Below, in pieces: positions 34,456-53,117 of a DNA stretch of 64,000 nt. The DNA is from Macrostomum lignano (lineage: Eukaryota): NCBI GenBank assembly GCA_002269645.1, contig NIVC01003133.1:1-64000 (forward strand), written 5' to 3'. The notes under the pieces are model-generated. The model did not search any database. It was given only the letters and a program-made list of their open reading frames with translations, and was not told the origin of the DNA. The translations under genes were made by a program, and so were the position numbers. Position 1 is the stretch's first letter, and each line of letters starts with the position of its first letter.

Positions 34456-35956
34456 CAGAAATTAGTTGAAGAGTCTGATTTGGGAAAATAAAGACCTAAA
34501 GGAGAGGGCAAAGCGGTTGGCAGTTTTGAGGCAAAAATTTACTTTGTCCCCTTTGGTTTTTTTCAAGTCTCCATTTAAAGGGTGCAACTGCCTTTGCTTT
34601 CCCTCCCAGTTATGCCACCATGTGCAATGCCTAGCATAGACCAGTTACAGACTAATGTTATAAAATTAGTAAGCCTATGCACTATTTTAATAGCAGTTTT
34701 TTTATTCCATTTTTGACTAGAATTTTCTAATAGATATTATATAATCATAAGCATAGTAACTCTAATCAAGTTGTATATGACAAATTCTTATTAAAATTCC
34801 TAAACCAAACAAAAAGATTCATTATTTATATTATTGTCAATAATGCATTGTTTTAAAGTCAATTTTTTTGTTAAAGTCCATTCTGGAGATAATTCTTCTT
34901 TTTCATTTTGTCAATTATCAATGTAGTAGGAACTTAATATTTCTAGAAGTTTTTACTCTAAATTCTTATATTTTATATTAAGATTTATATAAAGAAGATA
35001 ATCTCTTAGCATAGCATAGAAGCTTCAAATTAAATGACTTTTTATAAAAAATACCTAAGTTATTAAATATCTTTTTAAAAAGTTTTTAGTAAAGTATCTA
35101 CTTGCATCTAAGTCTTACAAAGAATAAATTTAGCAAAAGAACAAATGGTAAAATATGTTATTTAAGTCTAGCTATATTCCCTATTGTAGCCTAGGTTTTA
35201 CCTATGCTAGATACTCCCCTTTCCTATGCCAGACTGTGCTAGTATGCTAGATTGCATCTGCCCTGCTAATAAGCAATCTGTGCCAAATGCTAATTGAAAA
35301 AATGGCCATTGGCTATAATAGTTAGCTGTATTTGTTGAAGAATTATTTAAATCTTTTAATTCACATTTATACTAGGGAACTCTGCTTGAAAACAATAAAA
35401 TTTTGGTATTAAATAATCTATCTGCACAATGAAAAACTAGGCAAAAGCTCTGTTAGGTCTAGGCCTCTGCAAAATATTGCTCAAAATTATTAAACCAAAA
35501 ATCAAGTAGTTAATTGCATTTTGAGCAAAAGTATAATATTCTCATAGATCATATAGTATAGTCTATAGATATGCTATAGATTGTTAATTGCCTTTAATAA
35601 GCTAGAGCTTATCTCTAGATCTTCCCCTTTTTGCTTTTGGTATTATATAACACATTTTAGTAAGACCCAATATTCACAGTGTATAGTTTGTGTGATTTTC
35701 TTTTTATAGGAAGTAAATCCTCATATAATAAAAAAGAATTAGATCATACTTTAATAAAAAAGTAGGAAGTTTAATAAGGGACAGCCTATACAATGCAAAG
35801 CAATTATATATGACTAAAAATACAACAAGCACACAACAATGTCATAAGCTTGGTACCTAAGCCTTGTACATTTTCTACTTGCTTGTCTTTTTTCTCTGCT
35901 CTTTCTTCCAGTTCTCCATCCCTATATCCCCTCTTATTATCAATGCCTCCAACTTC

Positions 35957-37610
35957 ATTTACAGATCCATAGCATCCACTCTAGCTACTATTTTTTTCAA
36001 TTGACTATGCCATCTCTAGAAATAGTTAAATAACATAAATAGTTGCCAGTTATATGTGTGCCATCACTTTTTGACAACCTTGTAGGCTGGTCTTTGATGC
36101 CATAAGGATTTAAAATTCTAAAATGCAAAAATAATGGTTGCTGGAATGGTTGCTACAATTGTGTGACATGACAGTGAACAGGTATGTGCCAAACCCAAAT
36201 TCGTAAACTAGGGACCAGAAAAGTACTTAAGGGCAATAAAATTTGGGCAATCAACATATAGTGTTTCTTTCATTCAAAGTAAAAGACACAAAAAGTGAAT
36301 ATTTCGCAAGAAAAGTGGCTGCTGATCCAAAATCTGAGTTGGCACAGTTGTGCCAGCTTGAAATCTATATTCTAGACAAAGGAAACCAAGTGTGCCATAA
36401 ACCACATTGCATTTGTCTGCAATATTTTAGATACTGTCACCTATTTTGTTATGCCACAGGCAATGAAATGTCCCTATCTACAGTGTGAGTTTTACCAAAC
36501 CTAATTCAATAGTTACTGCCAGTGGTACAATTAGGCAAGACTGGTTTGGCCATGTAGCATGCCCATTTTCTAGTTCAGTTGCGCCCTGTTGCTTGGCAAA
36601 GAAGTTGGGAAAGTTTAGGAAGCGAACCAGAATTCAGTATGCTCAAGCCTATTGCAGTGAAATAAACTGCCTAGCCACATTCATTGTGGAAGCTAAAGAC
36701 AAAACCATGATGTCATGGGAGCTGCGGACTACAACTGCACTGCTAGAAAGCCATCCTGCAGTTCAAACTTGACCACTCACTGGCAAATAGCAATATGAGT
36801 TTGTCAGAAAGACATTGTCTTCTAATGCATACAGGGTTGCAAATGCAATTGCTGCCAAGGAAATCTCTCAGCCAGGTGCCTTCTACTGAAGCCTTTGCAT
36901 TGGTGCTTTTCGCTTGTGCAGAGCTGAGTTGGGAATTCCAGATTCCGATGACTTGCTTGAGCTGCAACAACTCAAACAGACACAACAGACAGCATATATT
37001 TGGAGTACTATTGTTAACAAGGGACATTAGTCCTGAGAGTAATGTCTTCTTTCATCGAGCCAAATAAAATCCATACAATGAATTGGTATTAATCTATGTT
37101 ATTTTATTGACTGTGGCATAACAAAATAGGTGACAGCATCTAAAATATTGCAGACAAATGCAATGTGGTTTATGGCACACTTGGTTTCCTTTGTCTAGAA
37201 TATAGATTTCAAGCTGGCACAACTGTGCCACTCTGATTTTGGATCAGCAGCCACTTTTCTTGCGAAATATTCACTTTTTGTGTCTTTTACTTTGAATGAA
37301 AGAAACACTATATGTTGATTGCCCAAATTTTATTGCCCTTAAGTACTTTTCTGGTCCCTAGTTTACGAATTTGGGATTGGCTCATACCTGTTCACTGTCA
37401 TGTCACAATTGTAGCAACCATTCCAGCAACCATTATTTTTGCATTTCAGAATTATAAATCCTTATAGCATCAAAAGCCAGCCTACAAGATTGTCAAAAAG
37501 TGATGGCACACACACAACTGGCAACTATTTATGTTATTTAACTATTTCTAGAGATGGCAGAGTCAATTGAAAAAATCAGTAGCTAGAGTGGATGCTGTGG
37601 ATCTATAAAT
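35957..37610 (+). mobile_element. Non-autonomous MULE/FB-NOF-like element with ~500-bp TIRs and 9-bp TSD
   Basis: 35957-36460 is the reverse complement of ~37110-37610. Perfect TSD tccaacttc at 35948-35956 and 37611-37619. The interior is a stop-riddled Cys-containing transposase-like frame. Confidence 0.88.
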
Positions 37611-38856
37611 TCCAACTTCAACTAAAACACAAGTTTATTTAGCTTAGTTGGCAAAAGTTGCTGCCTTTTTCAATAAAAGAATGTTCTAATATAGTTTCTA
37701 GTCCTTTGGTATTATTTTTAGAAGTTTATACAAATGAGTGACATTATTTATTGTCTTATATTTTTGCAATGCATCATCCTATAGGCTATTTATTTATGCT
37801 TTGTTTCTTTGGTTACCTTTCTATTCTAAGTATCCAGTTTCCAATAAAGAAAAATATGTTATATACTATTTAAAGCAAATATTTATTTTGCTATATTTTA
37901 TGCATTAAAGCAAGTGAGATAAAAAGAAAAAAAAGCAAAAAAAATGTATATGTATATAAATTCCATGCTATATTTGTAATCTACTATGGATAATATATTA
38001 TTGCTTTCCCTAATAAAATCTATATTTTTAATAGATCAATTTAACAATTTATAATAATATGTAAAGCTATTATATATAAGTTAAATAAAAATAAAAAACA
38101 GATTTAATCAAAAATTTTGTGTCTATAATAATCTTTGATATTGCCAATATAAGCAAAATTTCAAGTTGTTTGTCATCTTAAAGATCTTTATTTATAGAAC
38201 AGTTTTCAAAGTTTAATTTTATTTAATATAAACAAGGTTAAATGTAAAAAAAATGAATGCACTATCAAATATTTCAAGACTGTCCAAGCTAGTATAATAT
38301 GGGCTATTGTTATCACTTTTAGTGTATTAAAGTAGACAATATAATCTTTAGTATTTAAGCATCCTAGGGCATAATTGGGCATCCAAGTTGAAACTCTAGA
38401 TGCAAAATTGAAAACTGGGATACCACTTGGCATTAGTTCAACACTTCTGTTAATCAGATAAAATACTAGCATCTCTGCCTTATCCTATCTATACACTGCT
38501 AAGCCTTTTACAAGGATCATGTTAACACATAACAACTTAAAGGTTAGATTAATAAAATGGGGACTAAGGTATAGTTCTAGCCTATATGCTTTTGATGTAT
38601 CTTATTGCAAACTAACAAAGTTAATATAGCTTTTTGCAACCCATTTAGGCTTACACACATTGAATTTAATCCAATATATGTTTGGCAATGCAAAATAGCT
38701 TTTGTCTATGGTAGCAAGGCTGGTACAGCAGCATTTTATTTGGTCCAGCAAGCATCAATTTGGTCCATAGCTTCATTTGCAACTGCAGTAGAGAAGCGAA
38801 ATCAGCCCCAGAATTGTGGACCATATGCTGGACTGTCAAATGAATGCCATTGACTT

Positions 38857-39100
38857 GTGATAGAAGAACTCAACAGAGGTAAACAGCCAAAGTACATTGC
38901 AAGGCTGCTAAATGTAAAAGAAAATATTGTTTACAGCATCCACCAGCGCGTTGAAACCACTGCCGAGTGCCCCTCGAAAATTGTTAGTAGAGACGCTGAC
39001 ACTCTAGCGATAGGCAATAATCTGCAGACAGTTGCGAGAAGGCAAGAGTTTGTCAAATGGCTCACGAGCATTTGGACCAAATTGATGCTTGTTGAACCAA
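38857..39100 (+). pseudogene. Tc1/IS630-like transposase HTH relic
   Basis: IEELNRGKQPKYIARLLNVKENIVYSIHQRVETT fits the N-terminal HTH, then ARRQEFVKW. No DDE domain and no paired TIR. Confidence 0.4.
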
Positions 39101-40756
39101 ATTTAATGCCGCTGTGCCAGCCTTGCTACCATAGACAAAAGCTTCAGTACATTGTTGTATAAGTTCTTTCCGTTAATTACCTTCTTTGGCCCGAGTTCCT
39201 CGGCGCAGAGGGCTCGTTTCTTGGCCAAGGCGAAGCCAGGGACTTTAGGCCATAGACAGAAAGAAACGGAAAGAATACATTTCTTCCAACTTGGACCGGG
39301 TCAAAGAAATGATTGGCCCGGCCAAAGATATGAAATAAGCATTGAACCATAGACAGACACGGTCCAGCCAAGTGCGGAAGAAAAATGTATTTCGGATTAA
39401 TTCAGTGCGCGTAGGCCCAAATGGGCTGCAAAAGGAAAAAGCTATATTGTAGTACGCTCGTACATTAACATTTTTCTAAGAATTTTCTTTTGATATATAT
39501 TTTTTCAACTGTTATACATGTATGCCTTCTATATTACTAAGTAGTATTGCAGCGAATGTTTCCCATGAATTTTAATAAAATTTGCTTCACACTCGATTGT
39601 CATTTATTTCCCAATTCTAAAAGCAAGTTATTTATCTTGCAACAGAAAATTGCATATTTCGTTATCAATAAATTCGTACTGAAAATGCATTATATTAATT
39701 GAAAAAAATTCTGTCTAAGTCTCCTGCATCGTATTTTATTAATCCAACCAGCGAGCTGCGGGAGACTGCAATGCTGCTACACCCAGTTTCTGCCCACTCG
39801 AATTTTCCTGAAATATAATCAAAGTCAAAAGCAGCTCAAGCCGGCAGTCCCTCGGGAGGGCAGACCAGCTCAGCTAAGCCTTGGGGAAGGGGGAATAAAT
39901 AAGGATTTTTTTAAGCCAGGCAGATGCTCTCCGGATCCTATCGTCGTTTGTATTGAATTTAAATTCAAAATAAGTATCTGAGCGACCCAGACTTGAGCCT
40001 TCTCATATATATGTATTATAATAATCCAATGTAAGGGAGCCTCAAGTTCTGATTTTAGACTCTTAAATCATTATTCTTGCTCCCAGTCTGTACAGTCCTT
40101 GATCCGCATTCCTAACCCTTTGGTCTGGGATGGGAATTATGGCGCTAAGCTTGTTCAACTGCTCAAGAAGCCCTGTCTGAATGCTCCTACTTATTTTATT
40201 TCTCATTTCGTCTTTCTCTCTCTCTCTCTGCCAAACACAATCCTGTCCTCCTGTTATCCTCATCAGCATTCAGCCGTGCTCTAATCCGTTATCCTGCTAC
40301 CTTACTTTGGTTGAAGTAGACAGACCAGCTTCTCATCACCCGCCTTGCCTTGCCTTAATCCCCGAATAGGTTTGGTCATGTGTTGCGACTCTGTGATTCT
40401 CTATTGCTGGTAATTGCTTTGTCTGGTATTTCCTTTCTGCTTTGATGAGGAGGTAGCTTTTTAGACCTTCTTAAGCTAGGAACTGGTTAGAGCTTTTTTC
40501 CTCAACAACGAAAAGCAATCTCATTTAGAAAGAAGGGAGATACTGAATTCTAAGCTATTTTTAGGCATGCAGTTTGTGCATTATCCTAATTATGGAGCAG
40601 CAGAATTCATTTTCACCATGGTTTTTCGCTATAATAATTGGTTTACTTCACGAGCATCAGACTCCAAACCTATGCATTCATGATCCTCTCTCTGTCTAGC
40701 AGACTGATTTAAATGTATGGGATGGTCCTTCTCGCAGGGAAGGGCCACTCCAGCCA

Positions 40757-42201
40757 ATGATTGCTTTGAAGAAGGTTGCCTTGAAGACGGTCGCCTTAAA
40801 GATGGTTGCCTTGAGGATTTTTGCCTTGAAGATGGTTGCCTTGATGACGGTTGCTAGCAGGATGGTTGCCTTGATGATGGTTGCTAGGAGAATGGTTGCC
40901 TTAAAGATGGTTGCCTTGATGGTGGTTGCCTTGAGGATTGTTGCCTTGAAGATGGTTGCTAGGAGAATGGTTGCCTTGAAGATAGTTGCTAGGAAGATGG
41001 TTGCTAGGAGGATGGTTACCTTGATGACGGTTGCTAGGATGGTTACCTTGATGATGGTTGCTAGCAGGATGGTTGACTTGAAGACGGTCGCCTTGATGAT
41101 GGTTGCCTTCAAGATGGTTACCTTGATGACGGTTGCTAGCAGGATGGTTGCCTTGAAGATGGTTGCTAGGAGAATAGTTGCCTTGAAGATGGTTGCCTTG
41201 AAGATGGTTACCTTGATGACGGTTGCTAGCAGGATGGTTGTCTTGAAGATGGTTGCTAGGAGAATAGTTGCCTTGAAGATGGTTGCCTTGAAGAAGGTTG
41301 CCTTGAAGATGGTTGCCTTGAAGATGGTTGCCTTGAAGATGGTTGCCTTGAAGATGGTTGCTAGGAGAATGGTTGCCTTGAAGATGGTTGCCTTGAAGAT
41401 GGTTGCTAGGAGAATGGTTGCCTTGAAGATAGTTGTTAGGAAGATGGTTGCTAGGATGGTTACCTTGATGACGGTTGCTAGGAGGATGGTTACCTTGATG
41501 ATGGTTGCCTTGAAGATGGTTGCCTTGAAGATGGTTGCTAGGAGAATGGTTGCCTTGAAGATAGTTGTTAGGAAGATGGTTGCTAGGATGGTTACCTTGA
41601 TGACGGTTGCTAGGAGGATGGTTACCTTGATGATGGTTGCTAGGAGGATGGTTGCCTTGAAGATGGTTGCTAGGAAGATGGTTGCCTTGAAGATGGTTGC
41701 TAGGAAGAAGGTTGCCTTGAAGATGGTTGCCTTGAAGATGGTTGCCTTGAAGATGGTTGCCTTGAAGATGGTTGCTAGGAGAATGGTTGCCTTGAAGATG
41801 GTTGCCTTGAAGATGGTTGCTTGGAGAATGGTTGCCTTGAAGATAGTTGTTAGGAAGATGGTTGCTAGGATGGTTACCTTGATGACGGTTGCTAGGAGGA
41901 TGGTTACCTTGATGATGGTTGCCTTGAAGATGGTTGCCTTGAAGATGGTTGCTAGGAGAATGGTTGCCTTGAAGATAGTTGTTAGGAAGATGGTTGCTAG
42001 GATGGTTACCTTGATGACGGTTGCTAGGAGGATGGTTACCTTGATGATGGTTGCTAGGAGGATGGTTGCCTTGAAGATGGTTGCTAGGAAGATGGTTGCC
42101 TTGAAGATGGTTGCTAGGAAGATGGTTGCCTTGAAGATGGTTGCTAGGAAGATGGTTGCCTTGAAGAAGGCTGCCTTGAAGGTGGTTGCCTTGAAGATGG
42201 A
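40757..42201 (+). repeat. 15-bp satellite array (GATGGTTGCCTTGAA)n, left arm
   Basis: About 1.45 kb with higher-order blocks and occasional 12-bp units. Confidence 0.97.
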
Positions 42202-43021
42202 TGCCTTGAAGTGGCCGTCTCAGAGGCTAGACTGTAGCTTTTGCTGCTCTTAAGAATTGGTAGCAGCAGCCAGTGTTTGTGACCCTAACCTTGGGGGTTT
42301 TCGGGGTCTCTTAGACGGCTACTAAATACATTAGCGAGTGCTGGAGTGCCACATTTAGAATCTGTGGTCCTCTCTGCGCCATTCTTAACTTCCAGCGCCT
42401 TCCTGCTGTAGCCCAAATTGCTGTATCCCACGCCAGGCTGCTGACAGCCACGCACCAATTTGATCGAAGAAAAAACCAAATCAAGCACAGTAAAGTCTGT
42501 TTCTAATCATAGGCTTTAATTTTGCTGTATCCTCGAGGCTTAACGTCCAGCGTAAATAGCAGTTTGTGAGAACAAAATCGATGCCTTTAAATTAAGCGCA
42601 TGAGTTATACGCCTAACAGACTAACCTGTATTGTGATTGTGAATGAATGATGCACTTTAGCTATCTAGTGTGTTGACTAATTGTAGTATTCAACAGTCTG
42701 GATTCTCTTTACCTTGGTTGGGTCTGATTTAGTCTTTTCTATACAATTCCACTTTGTCTAATGAGCATCTTAGGCTTCTTAGCTTGAGGAAGAAAATCCT
42801 AATCTAGGACTACACGCCAAGTGTATCAGTAACCAGATCAATGACGTGCATTTCCTTATTGAATGCGTGCCCAGCTTCTTCTTTGACCCTAATCTGTTCA
42901 ACATTGGAGCTACCAAAGAGGAACATCCGCCTTCGACATATTTCGCTGCAACCCAAAAGAAGAGATGAAAGAGATTTTTCTACTAGAGTTAGAAAATGAC
43001 AAAAGGTTCACCTGTCGTTAA

Positions 43022-43500
<479 letters not shown>

Positions 43501-43657
43501 TAATATTGCATGATTTGAACAATTCTTAGCATTTGATAAGCCTGGGCACTTCAATGTACACATCTCTCTTAACGCCATCCTTATTGAAGGTTGCTTTCCA
43601 AACAGGTAGACAAGAACTCTTGAAGGCACCTTTATTAAAGGCTATCAGCAACACTTT

Positions 43658-45987
43658 TCAAAGCAACCATCTTCAAGGCAACTATCTTCAAAGCAACCAT
43701 CTTCAAGGCAATCTTCTTCAAGGCAACCATCTTCAAACCAACCATCTTCAAGGCAATTTTCTTCAAGGCAATCTTCTTCAAAGCAACCATCTTCAAGGCA
43801 ACTATCTTCAAACCAACCATCTTCAAGGCAACCATCCTCAAGGCAACCATCTTCAAGGCAACCATCTTCAAGGCAACCATCTTCAAGGTAACCATCTTCA
43901 AAGCAACCATCTTCAAAGCAACCATCTTCAAGGCAACCATCTTCAAGGTAACCATCTTCAAAGCAACCATCTTCAAAGCAACCATCTTCAAAGCAACCAT
44001 CTTCAAACCAACCATCTTCAAGGCAATCTTCTTCAAGGCAACCATCTTCAAGGCAACCATCTTCAAGGCAACCATCTTCAAAGCAACCATCTTCAAGGCA
44101 ACCATCTTCAAGGCAACCATCTTCAAAGCAACCATCTTCAAGGCAACCATCTTCAAGGCAATTTTCTTCAAGGCAACCATCTTCAAGGCAATTTTCTTCA
44201 AGGCAACCATCTTCAAACCAACCATCTTCAAACCAACCATCTTCAAGGCAACCATCCTCAAGGCAACCATCTTCAAGGCAACCATCTTCAAGGTAACCAT
44301 CTTCAAAGCAACCATCTTCAAACCAACCATCTTCAAGGCAATCTTCTTCAAGGCAATCTTCTTCAAAGCAACCATCTTCAAGGCAATCTTCTTCAAAGCA
44401 ACCATCTTCAAGGCAACCATTCTCCTAGCAACCATCTTCAAGGCAACAATCCTCAAGGCAACTATCTTCAAAGCAACCATCTTCAAGGCAATCTTCTTCA
44501 AAGCAACCATCTTCAAGGCAACCATTCTCCTAGCAACCATCTTCAAGGCAACCATCTTCAAGGCAACCATCTTCAAGGCAACCATCTTCAAGGCAACCAT
44601 CTTCAAGGCTACCATCTTAAAGGCAACCATCTTCAAGGCAATCTTCTTCAAAGCAACCATCTTCAAGGCAACCATCTTCAAGGCAACCATCTTCAAAGCA
44701 ACCATCTTCAAGGCAATCTTCTTCAAAGCAACCATCTTCAAGGCAATCTTCTTCAAGGCAACCATCTTCAAGGCAACCATCTTCAAGGCAACCATCTTCA
44801 AAGCAACCATCTTCAAGGCAACCATCTTCAAGGCAACCATCTTCAAAGCAACCATCTTCAAAGCAACCATCTTCAAGGCAACCATCTTCAAGGCAACCAT
44901 CTTCAAGGCAACCATCTTCAAGGCAATTTTCTTCAAGGCAACCATCTTCAAGGCAATTTTCTTCAAGGCAACCATCTTCAAACCAACCATCTTCAAACCA
45001 ACCATCTTCAAGGCAACCATCCTCAAGGCAACCATCTTCAAGGCAACCATCTTCAAGGTAACCATCTTTAAAGCAACCATCTTCAAACCAACCATCTTCA
45101 AGGCAATCTTCTTCAAGGCAATCTTCTTCAAAGCAACCATCTTCAAGGCAATCTTCTTCAAAGCAACCATCTTCAAGGCAACCATTCTCCTAGCAACCAT
45201 CTTCAAGGCAACAATCCTCAAGGCAACTATCTTCAAAGCAACCATCTTCAAGGCAATCTTCTTCAAAGCAACCATCTTCAAGGCAACCATTCTCCTAGCA
45301 ACCATCTTCAAGGCAACCATCTTCAAGGCAACCATCTTCAAGGCAACCATCTTCAAGGCAACCATCTTCAAGGCTACCATCTTAAAGGCAACCATCTTCA
45401 AGGCAATCTTCTTCAAAGCAACCATCTTCAAGGCAATTTTCTTCAAGGCAACCATCTTCAAGGCAACCATCTTCAAGGCAACTATCTTCAAAGCAACCAT
45501 CTTCAAGGCAATCTTCTTCAAAGCAACCATCTTCAAGGCAACCATCTTCAAGGCAACCATCTTCAAGGCAACTATCTTCAAAGCAACCATCTTCAAGGCA
45601 ACCATCTTCAAGGTAACCATCTTCAAGGCAACCATCTTCAAGGCAACCATCTTCAAACCAACCATCTTCAAGGCAATCTTTTTCAAGGCAATCTTCTTCA
45701 AGGCAACCATCTTCAAGGCAACCATCTTCAAGGCAACCATCTTTAACGCAACCATCTTCAAGGCAATCTTCTTCAAGGCAACCATTCTCCTAGCAACCAT
45801 CTTCAAGGCAACCATCTTCAAGGCAACTATCTTCAAAGCAACCATCTTCAAGGCTACCATCTTAAAGGCAACCATCTTCAAGGTAATCTTCTTCAAGGCA
45901 ACCATTCTCCTAGCAACCATCTTCAAGGCAACCATCTTCAAGGCAACCATCTTTAAGGTAACCATCTTCAAGGCAACCATCTTCAAG
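43658..45987 (-). repeat. Same 15-bp satellite in inverted orientation (TTCAAGGCAACCATC)n, right arm
   Basis: About 2.3 kb, with a ~765-bp higher-order duplication (variant ATTTTCTTC at 44161/44191 recurs at 44926/44956). Confidence 0.97.
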
Positions 45988-46180
45988 ACAATTGAAGCCA
46001 TTGAAGCCATTGAAGCCATTGATGGTAGCCATTCTAGTTAGTCTTTCACAAGGGGCAATTCCGACCTCTCCTGTACCAAACCACGTGTACTTTTAAAAAA
46101 ATGCTGCTTTTTTATCGTACTCGTAGCCACTCTTTTTAACATTGGTTATCGGGCTTAGTGTTTGAACATGGCATATCTAG

Positions 46181-50498
<4,318 letters not shown>

Positions 50499-50620
50499 GT
50501 TGAATTATACATTTTGTTCGTGCGAGTTAGTGAGTTTTGCAAGTATAGATTTAATGTGGTTTAATGTGGCTGCTTATATTTTGGTAGATTTAGTCATCTT
50601 TTCACTATTGGTAAACTAGC

Positions 50621-51720
50621 TATCTAGTACAGGTAGATTCCAATCTAGTACAGGTAGATTCCAATCTAGTACAGGTAGATTCCAATCTAGTACAGGTAGA
50701 TTCTAATCTAGTACAGGTAGATTCAAATCTAGTACAGGTAGATTCAAATCTAGTACAGGTAGATTCCAATCTAGTACAGGTAGATTCCAATCTAGTACAG
50801 GTAGATTCTAATCTACAATGTAGTACAGGTAGATTCCAATCTAGTACAGGTAGATTCCAATCTAGTACAGGTAGATTCCAATCTAGTACAGGTAGATTCC
50901 AATCTAGTACAGGTAGATTCCAATCTAGTACAGGTAGATTCTAATCTAGTACAGGTAGATTCCAATCTAGTACAGGTAGATTCCAATCTAGTACAGGTAG
51001 ATTCCAATCTAGTACAGGTAGATTCCAATCTAGTACAGGTAGATTCCAATCTAGTACAGGTAGATTCCAATCTAGTACAGGTAGATTCCAATCTCGTACA
51101 GGTAGATTCCAATCTAGTACAGGTAGATTCCAATCTAGTACAGGTAGATTCCAATCTAGTACAGGTAGATTCCAATCTAGTACAGGTAGATTCTAATCTA
51201 GTACAGGTAGATTCTAATCTACAATGTAGTACAGGTAGATTCCAATCTAGTACAGGTAGATTCCAATCTAGTACAGGTAGATTCCAATCTAGTACAGGTA
51301 GATTCCAATCTAGTACAGGTAGATTCTAATCTAGTACAGGTAGATTCCAATCTAGTACAGGTAGATTCCAATCTAGTACAGGTAGATTCCAATCTAGTAC
51401 AGGTAGATTCCAATCTAGTACAGGTAGATTCCAATCTAGTACAGGTAGATTCCAATCTCGTACAGGTAGATTCCAATCTAGTACAGGTAGATTCTAATCT
51501 AGTACAGGTAGATTCCAATCTAGTACAGGTAGATTCCAATCTAGTACAGGTAGATTCCAATCTAGTACAGGTAGATTCTAATCTAGTACAGGTAGATTCC
51601 AATCTAGTACAGGTAGATTCTAATCTAGTACAGGTAGATTCTAATCTAGTACAGGTAGATTCGGATCTCGTACAAGTAGATTATTGTCTAGTACATGTAG
51701 ATTCTAATCTAGTACAGGTT
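50621..51720. repeat. Minisatellite, 21-bp unit CTAGTACAGGTAGATTCCAAT
   Basis: About 50 copies just downstream of CAMTA; explains the (ESTCTRL)n ORFs. Confidence 0.98.
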
Positions 51721-52378
51721 GATTTCAAGTCAGAGCCTTGCAAAGTTCGCATTAATTATTATTCACTTCTTCGCTTATAAACAACCCCATATTATAAACA
51801 CACGAGTCCTGAAAGCTTCAATGGATTATGTGTCTGTGTGTACGCTCGTATTAACCGTATCAAATGCTTATAACAGTCAGCTTAATGTATAAAATATAGC
51901 CACTACGAGTACTATTTTTGTAACAGTGCAATGTCAGCGTGTTCTATGTTTGTCAAATTTCAAATTTGTTTGACTTTGTCTGTCGATCAGTAGGTGTAAG
52001 AATCTCGTTTTTTATAATCTCTATGTGTATGTAATTTAGTGTAGTAATATAAGTGTGCTGCCGGGGATTATTTAAATGCTCTGTTGCTAGTCCGGCTCGC
52101 TTGCTATATGCTTGCTTGGAAGGTGTACACAGACCTATGAGTATGATTACTTGTTAAATAAGTTTTTTCCTTTGTACCTTGTAGCAGCAACTGCGATATT
52201 TTATCCATGGCTGTCAATACTATTAAATTGCGTGTTTTCATAAACAATATTTTCACAAAAATATGCTTATTTTTATTGTCAAAAAAATTTCAATTTATTA
52301 GATTCTTGTTAACGAGCTGAGCTTAGTAATGAAAAGAATTGACTCAGCACACAATCTGACCATGGTAAAGTGACGAAT

Positions 52379-52620
52379 GGGGTTGTAGCCCAGTGGTCAG
52401 AGCGTCGGACTCACGACTTGGAGGTCGGGGGTTCGATTCCCTGTATTTGAGCAAGACACTTAACTCTGCATTGCTTCAGTTCGCCCAGCTGTAAAATGGG
52501 TGCCAGCATTAGCTGGGGTAATTGGTGTGGCGACCCCCCCCCCAGTCCTTGGACTGAACAGCCGTACGCAGCCTTCAGATGTGCCTCGCAATGGCTGCGG
52601 CTGGGCTGTCGGTTGCACAT
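52379..52620 (+). mobile_element. tRNA-derived SINE with CORE-like central domain
   Basis: A box TAGCCCAGTGG and B box GGTTCGATTCC, followed by TTGAGCAAGACACTTAAC...CAGCTGTAAAATGGG, resembling CORE-type SINE domains. No tRNA acceptor 3' stem. Confidence 0.78.
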
Positions 52621-53117
52621 CTGCCTATTAGCCGATATGTTGCGTAAATATTTTTTATAATGTAGGATCGCATGTGGATGCTTTTACTTTGTTCTCCCCT
52701 ACATTTTATAGTTTTTAATCGGATAAAAAGTTTATATTTTCCTCAGCTCTGCTGTGTAGGACAGTGCTTGTAAATGAGTATATAATCTTATGAAAAGGCG
52801 ACAAATGCAGTTGACATGTTTAATTTTTTATTTATATTATAAGCTCCTATATACGAGTAATATATTTATCGTCACAAAATACAATGTGCTTAAAGTCTGT
52901 TATTTCGCAGTTTTGTTATTAGTGTAGCTAATAATAATGGTAATTTACAAGTATTATCAATTATTTTAATTTTATTAAATGTTATACAAATATAGAAATC
53001 AACTCTACACCCTTCCTGTCTTTGTAGCCCACTCACTTCACTAAGATATCCCGAACTCCGCCTCACTAAACTACCCCCTTGACTTAACTGCAGGGCTGTC
53101 CCGGAGGGTAACTTATC

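Larger units (their letters stand above)
31650..34620. mobile_element. Probable old hAT-type MITE split by the insertion at 31670-34455
   Basis: CAGTGGCATAA at 31650 and TTATGCCACCA ending at 34620 form a degenerate terminal pair. Removing the inner element leaves a ~185-bp MITE. Its own TSD is not recoverable. Confidence 0.4.
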
